A DNA stretch of 61,729 bases, filler included, from Dirinaria sp. TL-2023a (lineage: Eukaryota), in NCBI GenBank assembly GCA_051941275.1. It is 6 parts of 6 records of this genome, joined end to end, with 100 filler letters (N's around TTAATTAATTAA, not from the genome) between each part and the next. Parts side by side here need not be neighbours in the genome. Positions count along the whole stretch, not along the records: positions 1 to 10,228 come from JAVEBF010000964.1; positions 10,329 to 20,552 come from JAVEBF010000965.1; 4 more parts are not named here. The stretch is one strand, 5' to 3'. Below, one piece after another: positions 1 through 11,555 of the stretch. The notes under the pieces were generated by a model that did no database searches, was not told the DNA's origin, and worked only from the letters and a program-made list of their open reading frames with translations. The position numbers and the translations under genes were made by a program. Within the stretch, counting starts at the first letter, position 1, and every line of letters starts with the position of its first letter.

Positions 1-1568
1 CGACCTCATGCGCGAAAACATCACAATCGATGCAAAAAAACCGGTTGCAAGACTCGCACTCATAGCGCCCGGACTCACTAACGCCGGTCGCCTCATCGAC
101 CGTAACCCTCCTCTCTCTCTCGCGCCTCTGCAGGGAGGAGGAGGAGGAGGGTTGTTGTTGTAATTTCGTGGGGAGAGGAGGAAACGGGGTGAGGCAGCCG
201 AAACACGCGCTCTGCTCGTCGTCACCGGCGGCGGCGGCGGCGGCGGCGTGGAGCCATGGGACTTCGACCCAGTTGCGCAGCGGGAAGAGGTGGTGGTAAC
301 TGCGCGCGAGGTGGGTGGAGAGGATGAGCGTGAGGCCGCAAGCCGGGCAGGTGGTGGGCAAGGCGCACACTTTGCTGCTGCATCGACTGCAGAGGTAGCC
401 GCCGCGGGTGGGTTTCGAATGGCATGCGCAGAGCGTGGGAAGGGGGGAGGTGATGCGCGACGGGAAACCCATCATTAGGAGGGAGCTCTGGCTGCTGTCT
501 GCGTCTTCGGTGGTATTGTTGGTTGAGGGGTTAGGAGTCGCCGGGGGAGTGGTCATGTGCATCAACAGCTCGCGGAAGTGCTGTTCGTGGAGTGCGACGG
601 AGTAGGCAGACGAAGCGGGTGTGGAGGGGTTGGTGCGTGAGACGAGAGTGCGGCAGATGGCGACTTGCGCAGCGAGGCCGATGACGGTGCAGACGATGTG
701 CGAAGAGACGAGGGATGTGATGGTGCTGTGGATGTCGCCTGGGTCGGAGGAGAGGAGGGAGCCGAGAATGAGCAGGAGTTCGCGCGTGCCGTGGGAAGGA
801 GCGTGGCTGAATCGTCGATATCAGAGATGTATCAATGGAATAGAATTTCGGGAAAATAGGAACGGGATAGATATAGAAGGTAGAATAGACTAGGGTAATA
901 AGACTGGGCATACGCACAACAACGCCGCTCGGCCCATATCCAGCGCATTCTGCAGACTCGCATGCCCTTTTGGCTCTTGCTCCCTCAGCGTCTGCAACCT
1001 GGATATGTGATCCGCCGGATTCCCGCTCATCTCACTGACTCTGACCGCAAGGCCATCCCTCATACCTATGATCCCTAACTGGGATATAGGGTTCTGTTCG
1101 AAGAACTCGGTCACGAACTCCGACGCATAGCGAATCGTGAGCAAGTACCGCGTAGGGCGCAGATCCTTCTCGAGCATGGCAGACGAGAGATCCAGGATCA
1201 GGATCAAGTGCCGGATGATGCCTCTCTGGAGGGGGGTCGTGTCTTTCAAAGTCCTATAGATTCCAACCCGAGTCAGCCTTTTCTCTTTCCCGCTCGTCAC
1301 ATGCTCTGGTCGATGTGCAAAGATCTCACCATAGTTGCCTGAAGAGAAAGTCTCACCTCTTCCTCTTGTTGGCTTCGAGCGCCTCAACTCGAATCGTGCC
1401 GTCTGGGTTCGTGGGGAGGTCGTCCCATGTACGGGAGACTTCCCATGCTGCGGCGCGGTTGTTTTGGTTGGCTGAGCGAGCAGCGATATGTCCACCGCGT
1501 GGTCGTAGGTGCGAATCCCCTTCGTCGGAGGAAACGTCCTGGACGTATTCGTCGTCGGAGTAGGCCAT
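1..1568 (-). CDS. SSL1: TFIIH subunit Ssl1/p44 (vWA domain plus C-terminal Zn fingers); 3' end cut by contig start
   Basis: The spliced frame reads MAYSDDEY...KRKR|TLKDTTPLQRGIIRHLILILDLSSAMLEKDLRPTRY...FFEQNPISQLGIIGMRDG...|HAPSHGTRE...GYLCSRCSSKVCALPTTCPACGLTLILSTHLARSYHHLFPL...CESCNRFFCIDCDVFAHEV. GT-AG introns at 1254-1356 and 807-917. Confidence 0.95.
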
Positions 1569-2110
1569 CGCAGCACTGAGCTTTTGGACTCGAATAATTT
1601 CAGGGAGGGGCACGCCCGTTACCCGAATTTTGGGTTATGATCAAGCAGCAGTGACACACGAAGGGACCAATATTCTTGGGGAGACATTATTGACTTTGCA
1701 TGGCACGTTCTGGAGAATTCGGGTCACGAAAGAGATGTTCGGAAAATTGTTGAATAAAAAGATGTCGGAGTTCCTTAGTACTGAAAGTAGCCGCATCGCT
1801 AAAACTGAAGGGTCTGATCTATTGAATCTTAACCAGCACAACACGAGCCTCAGCCGAAGTACACTACGATCATTGCTCCCTTTTCATCCCATTTTCTTTG
1901 ATAAGTGTATCTAAAGTACTTATGTTACAGCCTCGGCCTGCCTTGCCATGCAACATCCCGCGCCAACGGATGCAATAGCCATCTTTTGTATTACTTCACC
2001 TCCATTGTACAATCAATAAGAAAATATTAAGTATACATGACACACTAACGCGCTAAACAGCATCAATTCATCAACAAAGATCGAAACTTATTTTCGCAGC
2101 CACCTTGTTG

Positions 2111-3364
2111 CTATGTACCATAATCTCCTTCTCCGGGGACGGGTATGGGCCAGTCGTCTTCCGTGATGCTTGACCAGAAGACCCAAATCATGACGACGGA
2201 CAGGAGCGTGAAGAGGGTTTCGAAAAGTGCACCGTCGATCCTCTGCTTGGTGCCACTGCAGATGTGGGTGCTGATTACGTACTGGAAGACCTGGCCGATG
2301 GCGAAGAGGAGAGCGGCTGCGGCGAGGTAGACTATAACAGTGTCAGCGCTACGTGGAAAGTGGTTCGAAAGGATGCGTACGCATAGGCTTCTTCTCTCCA
2401 AGCACTCGCAGCACGAGGACTGTTTCGAGACAGAAAAAGAGGAACATGAAGACCAAAGGCATGAGCTGATACAAGATGTAAAGGCCGTAGTTTTGGTTGG
2501 GCGCGGTGAGGCTGTCCTTAAAATGGCCGGACCAGCTGAAGGCGGTATCGAGCGCTATGTAACCAGTGGCAACGAAGATCATGATCGCAGAGATGAGGAT
2601 CAATCCTAGCGAGATCGGGGTGCCGTCATCGAGTAGTTGATAGCCCACCAGGCCATTGAGGAACAAAATCCATAACGTTGCGACGATAGCTCCGAGATGA
2701 ACAGCAGTAAAGCCCTAGACGCGTGTCAATTGGACTCGAGGAGGTCTGGCGGGGCAGATGCATACCAGTCTGACCTGCGGCGCAAGCGGGAACCCGCCGA
2801 CTGTAAAGATCTCACAGATTTCCACGATGATGTAGCCGACAAGGAACAATTGAAACTCTCTGCGGAGATCTTAGCAGCCCGTTCCCCACCGATCTTGATC
2901 TCCTACTAACCTTCGGCCCACGGCAGCCCTCTTCCTTTCCGATCTCCATAGCAAGCCCAATGTGACCAAAATCGCTATGCCGCACAGTAGAATTGAGCCT
3001 GGCATCATCAGTATCGCGTACTCGAAGCTCCTCCGGGGGGTTGTGGGGCGCGTACCGAGATTCTCAAGATGCCTCCCATTGCTTAACGGTATGCCGTTCA
3101 GCTGACATCTCCCGAAGCCGTTGCCTCCCCTTGTCCTCGAATCGAGAAAGAGCTGTAAATCATCAGCTTCGCGCTTGAGGATATGGTTGTGGGAGAAGAT
3201 ATGGAAAGCCAAGGTAATTTCTGGAGCTGAAGCTACGCACATTGCAGACCGGGAGAGTCGAGTCCCTGCAGAAGTTCTATGTGCACACATTGTTAGCACG
3301 ATTCTGCAAGCTGTAGAGCCAGAACTGCCGATGGACTCACATGGAATTTCCCGAACTGCGTCAT
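2111..3364 (-). CDS. CHS7-like chitin synthase export chaperone (multi-exon membrane protein)
   Basis: Exons give MTQFGKFH|..FCRDSTLPVCN|..|..RSERKRAAVGRR|EFQLFL..|..NGLVGYQLLDDGT..|..IDGALFETLFTLLSVVMIWVFWSSITEDDW. These are motifs of the Chs7 family and look like the CHS7-like paralogue. GT-AG junctions are present. Confidence 0.88.
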
Positions 3365-3751
3365 TGTAGCGAGTGATTCAGTGGTGCCGTGTTTCGCTGT
3401 CACCGGTGCCCCATCCACATGTAGCGCTTCGTATGTTGCGACAGATCAGCTGGGCGGGTGAGGAGAGAGAGAGGTGAAGGTGGCGAGTGGAGAGGGTCAC
3501 GGTCGGACCGTGAAGGTGGTAGGAGCGCCAATTGGCGGGAGGGTGGAAAAGAGGCGTGAATGGGGGATCAAGTACAGTGGTTGAAGGGTTGAGTACAGTA
3601 GCTCGAGTAGGTGTGAGGTGGCCGGTTTGCTTTGCTTCCTTCCCGCCGCAACGCGAAAAAAAGCGAGGATTGAATCCCAATGATCGGCAGGGCAACTTTT
3701 TACTTTTAAAAGTAAAGTACTTTTTGTCCCTCGGCACAGCCAAGAGGATTC

Positions 3752-3752
<1 letters not shown>

Positions 3753-3784
<32 letters not shown>

Positions 3785-3788
3785 TACA
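3753..3788. repeat. (GGCACA)5 + GGTACA microsatellite
   Basis: Read directly from the sequence. Confidence 0.95.
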
Positions 3789-4656
3789 ACAACCTTAACC
3801 TTCCCAAGTATTATTGTACAACAATGAATGATGAGCGACGACGAGACTCGAGGAGGATGACAAAGATGGAGAAGGGAGGGAAACTGCACGTAATAATCAA
3901 GATTATTGGGAACGAACGAGATGAAAGTGGCCGGGGGGTCGGCGGTACGATGGGAAATTGCAATTCGAGCCTCAACCAGCCACACCCCGCCACACCCACT
4001 CAACCAGCCAATTTCTCGTCCTCCAGTCCCCTCGAGCCCACACGATGCAAGTAGATGAGATCGGCATCAATAATGGCTCTTTATTTTTGGATCGCTATGA
4101 CGTTCATCAGATGTCGATCAATTCGTAGAGAACATTATCATACTCAATTTTGGAATTTCCAAAGTGCACAGCTGTGAAGAAGCAAAGTATCGACTGCCCT
4201 TTCGACTGGAGAGGACGCGCCATCACATTGGACATCTCGCTCAGTGCAAACCTATGCGTTCATGTCTCTTCATCATTGGCCCATCTGACGGAGGTTTCAC
4301 GCTCGAGGGTGTCAACTTCGCACCCATAGTAATGTACCCTCGCCTCATATCCGATTTAATGAAGAAGCGCCGATTCTTTCTTGTGCTTCGGTTATTGTAC
4401 AAGCAGCAACTAGAGCCGGTAACAGCGCCGACTGATCAACTCATCGAAAGCCACGCAATGACCAACGTACACGCAGGGAAAAGCTCACTTGATTGCTATT
4501 CTAGAAATAAATCATTCCGAGTCTCGCTGATTGTAGAGCTGCGACTTGCTGAAGATGAGACATGTGTCGCCGACGCGTACGCCAGTGGTGCACAACATGA
4601 GTGCAATTGCTGAGATGCCATAAAGTAACGATTCACTAAACCCTAAAGCGACTCCT

Positions 4657-7600
4657 TCATCCCGAAGTTTCCGTCTGCGCGCGAGCCAAGTCCACAACGA
4701 TAGATCCATCTATCTCGACTTTCGCACCGTCGACCAATTCCTTCATCTGCTTCCGAAGCTGATCTCTTCGCGGGTTCCGGATCTCCTTGACAACAAAGCG
4801 CCGATCAAAGTCTCTCAAGACCTTCTCGAACGTTGCTCGAGCACCTCGCAATACCCTAGCCTGAGCTCTGTCATATGCAAGGAGCATGTCTTTGCTGACC
4901 TCGACGCCAATTATACTAAAGGGACTGCCGGAGCTCATTGCGTTTCGCAGGATGGCGCACCGTCTCTGATGAGACTTCGGCCCTATCCATCTTTAATTAG
5001 CAGGCAAACTAGCTACACAATTTTATCACCTACCCTTCTCAGCCCTTGTTGCACCATACAAAGGAAGCATCACTCTCATGAAATAACCGTCGTTGTCCTC
5101 CGTTATGGTGTTGAGCCTCACTTTCCTGACAGCGGTTTTCAGCACCGTGTCTAGCTCTCATGAAGGGATTTAAGGCTTACCGACTATCTTCTAGTAACTG
5201 CGCCAAAGTCTTCTTCGTGAGGTTACGCAGCTCGTGCTTGGCAGGATCTAAACTCATCATGAAGGGCTCCATTGCCGTAATAGACAACCCTCGAACCACT
5301 GCGCTAAGTGTCAGCTTTGCTGAATCAGGGGAAGCTAGTACTTTGCTGAGCTACCTTTGATGTCGTTGCGAATCTTATTGACTAGCTCGCATAAGCCCGT
5401 AGAACATTGACCAACGAGCATGTCCATGGTCGCATCATGCCGAGCAAACTCTTTGGTCAGATCATCTACGACGGGTTTAAGGAATTGAGCGTTCCAGGAA
5501 GCGAACGGCTCGATCTTCGTCGCATGGGCTCCATCTTTCATGCACCATTCTTTGAAAGCCGAAGCCTTGTAAGTCTTCCATACATTAGATAGATTATCCG
5601 CAAAATAAATGCATGAATTCACTCAACTTACTTTGAGAATCATGTCCAATGTTTCCTTACCAGCCTTGACCCATTGGTCGTACCTTTCCGCTTGAGATGG
5701 TATCAGTGCGATTTCCTGTACCTTGCAAAGACAATTATCACTTACTGATCTGCTCCATGATACCACCTCTAAGCTTAATCCCTAGTTCAGCAACGAAAAG
5801 ACGAATCTCTGCCTCATATTCCTGTACTGTTGAGCGAGTATTCAAAAGCAAGAGCGTAGACAGACCTCCAATGGCTTTGCGACTATGCAGCGAATCTCCT
5901 CTCTACGCTTGATGGTAGACGCGTTGCTCCAGGAGTCCAAAGAGTTCAGCACCCCTGGTAGCTTGACATTGACATGGTGTGCCAAGATATTAAGTTTGCT
6001 GGCCGCTAGCAATGCTAAACATTCACGTCGCAAATTTGGGATGCCTGATGCTTCCACCGAGCATGGAATTTCTTCGTCGTCATAGCCTTGTTGATGGAGG
6101 CCGTACCACAGATTCGAAACGCAGATGACTGTCAACGGTGCTCGATCTGATGCAGCTTTGCTGTACCTGTCCCTCATACCACTTATGACTTTCTTGCTTC
6201 GCATACTTGCCACAGCCTCAGTCCGTCTATGAAGAAGCATCAAAATTCCCTTCTTTCAGCCCAATACCTAAACGAAGAAAGGACGGAGAATCTTACAAGG
6301 TGCCCAGCGCTTTCCTTCTAAGCCTAAATAGAAGTTAGCGGAACGAGCCGGAACGTTGGGTCAGCGTGAACACACCGAAGTGCGGTGATCAGGTCAGAGA
6401 CATATTTATGTCCTGTTGCCCCAAGCTTAGGGAGCTCTTTTTCGAGGGCTCTCATATCATTTCCCCACTTATTCCAGACTGAAGTCATACGGTTGTACTC
6501 TTGCGAAGCTTCCGCTTTGGGAGCGAATTGGTGGATATCGAACTTTTTGGTAAGGCTGATGTGCTGCGTACCTTAGCTCGCCCTTACTAAAGCTCGTGCC
6601 GGACTTACAAGGTCTGCGCCAGTGCACACCAGAGTCTTCTTACAACCAAGAGCGCCAATTTTACTCATGAGCCGCTTGTTGGTAGTCTCGTCCGTTTGTG
6701 CTCGTGCAATATTAGCCACTAGAATGATGAAAGAGCACTTCTTCATATAGCACTGGGTCGCGCCCTTTCTGACGTGGTTCACGTCGGACAGGCCTATGTG
6801 AAAGAAACAATTAGCAAATATTATTCATTTCAGAACATGTGTTTTCATTTACCAGGCAGATCAACAACAGTCAGACCGGACTTGAGTAGATTTGAAGACA
6901 TTCCGACCCTGGAAACCTCGAGTTAGGCGCACCATTACGGGCCGGCTGTGAAAGGGGTCGGACCTGATGACTTGGACAAGCGGCCATAAAGAAGGTTTAG
7001 TACTGCTCTCCCCGTCTCCGCCAACGGTTTTCAAAAATACCTCGAGCAAACCGCTGAGCTCTTCGGCTGTGTTTGCGGAACGCGATGCTATACATTCTTC
7101 AAAGCTATATTCTGCGAGTAGCTCGCGTGTCCACTGAAAAAATTTCTGTGTTACGGCTTGTTTATTAGGTGATTCGGCTGACTTAATATATTCCTGAACG
7201 GCTTCGTCGTCAAATGTGCCTTGCCGTTGAAATTCTGTACGGTTACAGAATAATGCTTGGAAGATCTCGGAAGCTGCGCTATACCGTGCTTCAAGGTCTT
7301 GGCTTGCTTCATCTTCTAGCTCACCTGACGAATGCACGTAGTTGTAATAATCATTAACATAGCTACGCAGCATCTTGTATCGAGCTGTTGGTTCATAGAA
7401 CTCCACCTCACCCTGGAAAGGTGTCGGTTGCCCGGGCCACGGCATACGGTACTCAGTGATTACTTGAGTGCAAGCGCTGCCAGAGGAGCCCTGAGGTAAA
7501 CTGTAACTATTTGTAACACTATTTTACCAAATGTTACGTACCTCGAGTGCAAGATTCTCACTGTGCAGTAACGAGTTGGCAAGAGAACTCTTGCCTAAAG

Positions 7601-7995
7601 ATCACAAGTAAGCATAAATATCCATGCCCAAGCCTGTGCAAGCGCTTACCAACTCCAGAGTCACCAATTAGTCCTACCCTGCTCAGAGCAGGATACGCGA
7701 CAGTTCCAGTCATCTTAACGTCAGCCAGAAGCTGCCGCGTCTCATCGTCCTCGTAGTCAGAGCCCTGGAACAAATCTGTAATGCGAGAGGAAATTTGGTG
7801 GCAAGCGTCCTCAGCACATCTGAACGACGGGTGATATGCTGCAAGCGAGGGTTCTTGTTCCGTGGCACAATCGTAGGCTTTTCCTAAGGTACCCAATATG
7901 TTGTCGATTCTAGCGTCAAATTCGCCCTCCACTCTGGTATTATCGTGCTCTGCCACGACGAGAACACCCCTGGTAACTTCTTGCTTGACGGGCAT
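4657..7995 (-). CDS. Intron-rich dynamin-superfamily / SLIP-GC-like P-loop GTPase; start approximate
   Basis: Splicing rebuilds G1 GDSGV|GKSSLANSLL, G2-region GSACTQVITEY, G3 VVDLP|GLSD and a G4-like LVCTGAD. A helical C-terminus ends ...RAQTETSG* at 4657. The junctions I traced keep frame. Confidence 0.8.
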
Positions 7996-9643
7996 GCTGG
8001 TTGGATTACCTCCTATGATCCTGACAACTTTTGCTTGAGGGTTAATGGAGTCAGTCTTTGTGCCCCGCCATGTATTTCATGGCGTATCGTCAGCGTGTAA
8101 TCTATGCTAGAAGGAGAGATGAATTTGATCGAGAGCTGAATGATATCTGTGTCTGTGCAAAGTCGTCGAGTTAGTGAGTGTACGACTTATCTGACTTATC
8201 TAAGGTTGAAGGATTTTTGGGACGAGAGCTACCCTCATGTGATGATCGTGTCCATAGAAGGAGTACCTCAGTTCGCTTTTTGGAGGAGTGATAGTGAGGT
8301 AATCGTCATTTAAAAATCAGTTTAAGGAGATAGTGGATTCCATAGCCACCCTTGATAAGGCAATGTCATTGAAGAGAGGAGATAAGGGAATTAGTAGAGT
8401 TCACGACGCACATGCGGCATTTGGGGATGAAATATGAAACTTTTTGAGCTTAACAGCGCAGTAAGTTTGCAATGTAAGTGGTGGCGCATGCTCAATTGGA
8501 CTCTTATCTGAGAAATGAAGCGTAGCGAAGAACGCTAAAAGGTGGTGATCGTAAGTAATAATCACTTTGAATTCACTTACTGAAGTCAAGGTGAAGTTCA
8601 ACCCCAGCTATCGTCTTTCTCACTAGCGGCTAATTGTAGGGGCCCTTCACACTTCACGCCAAATGCAGGTTTTCGGGAGTCCTACTCATAGATCGAGTTT
8701 GACGGAAGACTGAGCTGACTTGACCCCAATGACAGTTTTTCAATAGCTTCAAATGAGAGTAAAACGGCGGTCTGAGGAAAAAGAAGATTGCATAGAGCAA
8801 CTCATGGGATGATTCTCAATCGTATCCAGGTCAAGTTCCAGTTAGCTAGCTAGCAACCCGACAGCATGGCAACTGAGCTGCAAATACGAAACCATATGTT
8901 TCATGCTCTGGAAATTGAAGGAGACAAGATGTGTGGGGTAGAGGGTATAAGAACAGAGTGAAGAAGATAAGGTCAAGCATTACTGTTCCGCAATGCCAAA
9001 GATTACTCTGACCTACGGCTAGAAGTTCAGCACTGTAGGAAACGAAAATTCTACGCTCTGCTAACATAACGACCTGGTGGGGAGCAGCAGCCAACGTCCA
9101 ACGAATGGCTCTTCGTCGCTTTCATAGATAGAGAGTCTGAGAAGCCTTACAGCGATAACTCAAGATAGGAAAGCGAGATATGCTGAAACGGAGACATTGC
9201 TGTGCCGAAAGACTCCTCTTGTAGCGGCGCTGGATTGGAGCTGGGAAGGCATTGACGATGTCATAAGAAAGGGGAACCATGAGGTTTACAGGAGGTAGTC
9301 TAAAGTAAGCAAGGCAACTCTAACCGCCCGCTTAGACTACCGTACCCTGTACCTTATCTCCGTCAGCCCTAAAGTAACGTAAAGAACTGAATAATGCGCA
9401 GCCAACACCTCCCACTCGTCCTACTTACCCTCACCATCAACTCACGCCGACATCACATCCACGAGACCGCGCATACAATCCAACAGTCATTCTCCACCGC
9501 CACTCATTCTTACCAGCAGCCCAAATAATCCAAGGCATCATCCTCCCCACATCCGCATGAGAGTAACTATCAGCATAATACCGATCCAAAAATCTCAGGC
9601 ACATCTAAACCCACAACCCGCACCATCAACAAAGAAAAAAACC

Positions 9644-10210
9644 ATGTTCTGCCTGCGCAGCTGGCTCCCACTCCTCTTCATCCCGACGAATACCTCACCA
9701 CTGTATCCTCCCCCCCCTTTTTTCAAACCCCGAAATAACAACTAACCCCCAAATCCCAGATTCACGCTACAACTGCTAACGCTGCTCTACCTCCTACACC
9801 GACCATGCATCTACTGCTCACTCCTCCTGCTAATCCTGTTCCTCTCCTCATGTTCCTGGTCGCAATTCTGTCTCCCTTTATCCCCTTCCGTGCTCTTTTC
9901 TCCCACCAGCACCACACCATCAACAACATCATCAACAACATCACTCACCCCAGCCCAAGAGAACGCAGCCCCAACAACCCTCCTCTCCGACTCGACAATC
10001 GCCTTCCTCGCGAACGCGACGCAGGAAACCGCTCTCGCGCTGGCGGGCGCAGCGCTGCAGGAAGCGCGGCGACGGATACCGGTCTTGAGTAGCGCTGGCG
10101 GTGGCGAGAGCGGGAGAGAGTGGACGGGGTTGGGGCTGGAATGGCTCAGGAGCTGGCTTGGGGGCAGGGAGTGGCGCGTGCCGTGTTTGGATGTTAATGT
10201 CAGGCTTTGA
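9644..10210 (+). CDS. BC10/BLCAP-like small membrane protein
   Basis: Removing intron 9703-9759 (GTATCC..CTAAC..CAG) gives MFCLRSWLPLLFIPTNTSPLFTLQLLTLLYLLHRPCIYCSLLLLILFLSSCSW..., which matches the BLCAP/BC10 pattern (MxCLxxxLPxLxIP...PCxxC). Confidence 0.8.
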
Positions 10211-10228
10211 AGGATGTGGGGGGTTATC

Positions 10229-10328
10229 NNNNNNNNNNNNNNNNNNNNNNNNNNNNNNNNNNNNNNNNNNNNTTAATTAATTAANNNNNNNNNNNNNNNN
10301 NNNNNNNNNNNNNNNNNNNNNNNNNNNN
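10229..10328. other. Artificial contig-joining linker N44-TTAATTAATTAA-N44
   Basis: The same 100-bp spacer recurs five times. The palindrome gives stops in all six frames. Confidence 0.98.
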
Positions 10329-10519
10329 ATAAGAAGTGGGGAGGGGGGAGGGTGGTGTTTGTGGCGGTAGTGGTTGTCTACAGTACTTTACAGAAACACC
10401 CTCCTTGCCTCGCCTTGCCTTGCCTTGTCTAATCGAGATGGTTAAAAGCTGCTGCTGCATATCAGATCATGAAAATATATTTATTTTCGTAGAGAAAGGG
10501 TAAAATCCTCCTTTCTTCT

Positions 10520-10915
10520 CAAAAAAAGAGAAAAAAGAAAGAAAAAGAGAGAGAGAGAGAGAAAGAAATGAGGAAAAAAAAAAAAATCGCATATAGATAA
10601 GAAAGGTTTCAGTAACACCGATAGCTCATGATATCCTATGTACAGTAAGATACAATCCACGCCGTCTGGAGCCTTTGCTGGGAAGGGGGGTTTAGGGAGA
10701 GAAGAAGAAGAAGAAGAAGAAGGAGGGAAAAAAAAGGGGGCTAGGTAGGGACTACCTTATGGTGTATGTGACCTTTGTTTCGCTTATGTACATAGCAATA
10801 GCAATCATATCGCGTGTACATCGGAAACCCGTAAACCCACTTTAACCAAACCGCCCCGCCACCAACCCCCTTCTTTCCAAAAAAAAAAAAAAAAAAAAAA
10901 AAAAGCCCTCCAAGC
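10520..10915. repeat. Low-complexity tract: (GA)n, (GAA)n and poly-A runs near contig end
   Basis: Read directly from the sequence. Confidence 0.85.
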
Positions 10916-11021
10916 CCTCCAAACACCCTCCTAATCCAAATAGACACGAAAGAAGAAGCTCTTGATTCCGCAATCAGAAGAAATGACAAAGGGGCGATGG
11001 TCCATCGAGGACTCAGCTGAT

Positions 11022-11555
11022 CTACAGCGCCATGACGAATCCCACCGCCGCAGCGGCTCCACCGGCCAACGACCACCTTCCAAACCCTATGTGCGTGGCT
11101 GCGCCAGTGAAAGTAGCGATGGGCGGGCTGACCTTTGTCGGGACGATACCACCGCTGCCGATGCTACTCGATGGTGCCGTAGCGTTGTTCAGGGCGCTAC
11201 TGACTTGATATGGCGCTGCATTTCCACCCGTTCCGACTGCGGTTACGGTGGAGGAGAAGATGATGCTGGAGAGGGTCGTTACGGGCTGCACGGTGGGTGC
11301 TGGCCCAGGCGATGTTGGTGTAGACGAGGCGGGCGTTGTTGAGGGAGAGCTGGCTGGGGTGCTTGTCGTCGCGGTGGGCACTGGAAGCTGGGTGGAGGTA
11401 AGGGTTTCCGTGTGCCCGGCGCTGACCAAGGTGCGGGTCAACGTCATTGTCGAGGTGGAAAAGACGGTCGTGGTTTGCTGGGCGGAGGAGCCTGCTTGCA
11501 GCGCGGCGAGAGTGAGGGTGGGGAGGGTGAGGAGGGAGAGAGGGAGGAGGCGCAT
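11022..11555 (-). CDS. Secreted Ser/Thr/Pro-rich, probably GPI-anchored cell-wall protein
   Basis: Signal-peptide-like MRLLPLSLLTLPTLTLA, an S/T-rich body, and a C-terminal FTGAA motif followed by a hydrophobic tail (WSLAGGAAAAVGFVMAL). Confidence 0.8.
   Translation of the reverse strand: MRLLPLSLLTLPTLTLAALQAGSSAQQTTTVFSTSTMTLTRTLVSAGHTETLTSTQLPVPTATTSTPASSPSTTPASSTPTSPGPAPTVQPVTTLSSIIFSSTVTAVGTGGNAAPYQVSSALNNATAPSSSIGSGGIVPTKVSPPIATFTGAATHIGFGRWSLAGGAAAAVGFVMAL

Noticed and set aside
10273..10284. TTAATTAATTAA recurring every ~10.3 kb as a biological periodic repeat or piggyBac TTAA site
   Set aside because: It is always embedded in exactly 44+44 Ns, so it is an assembly spacer.
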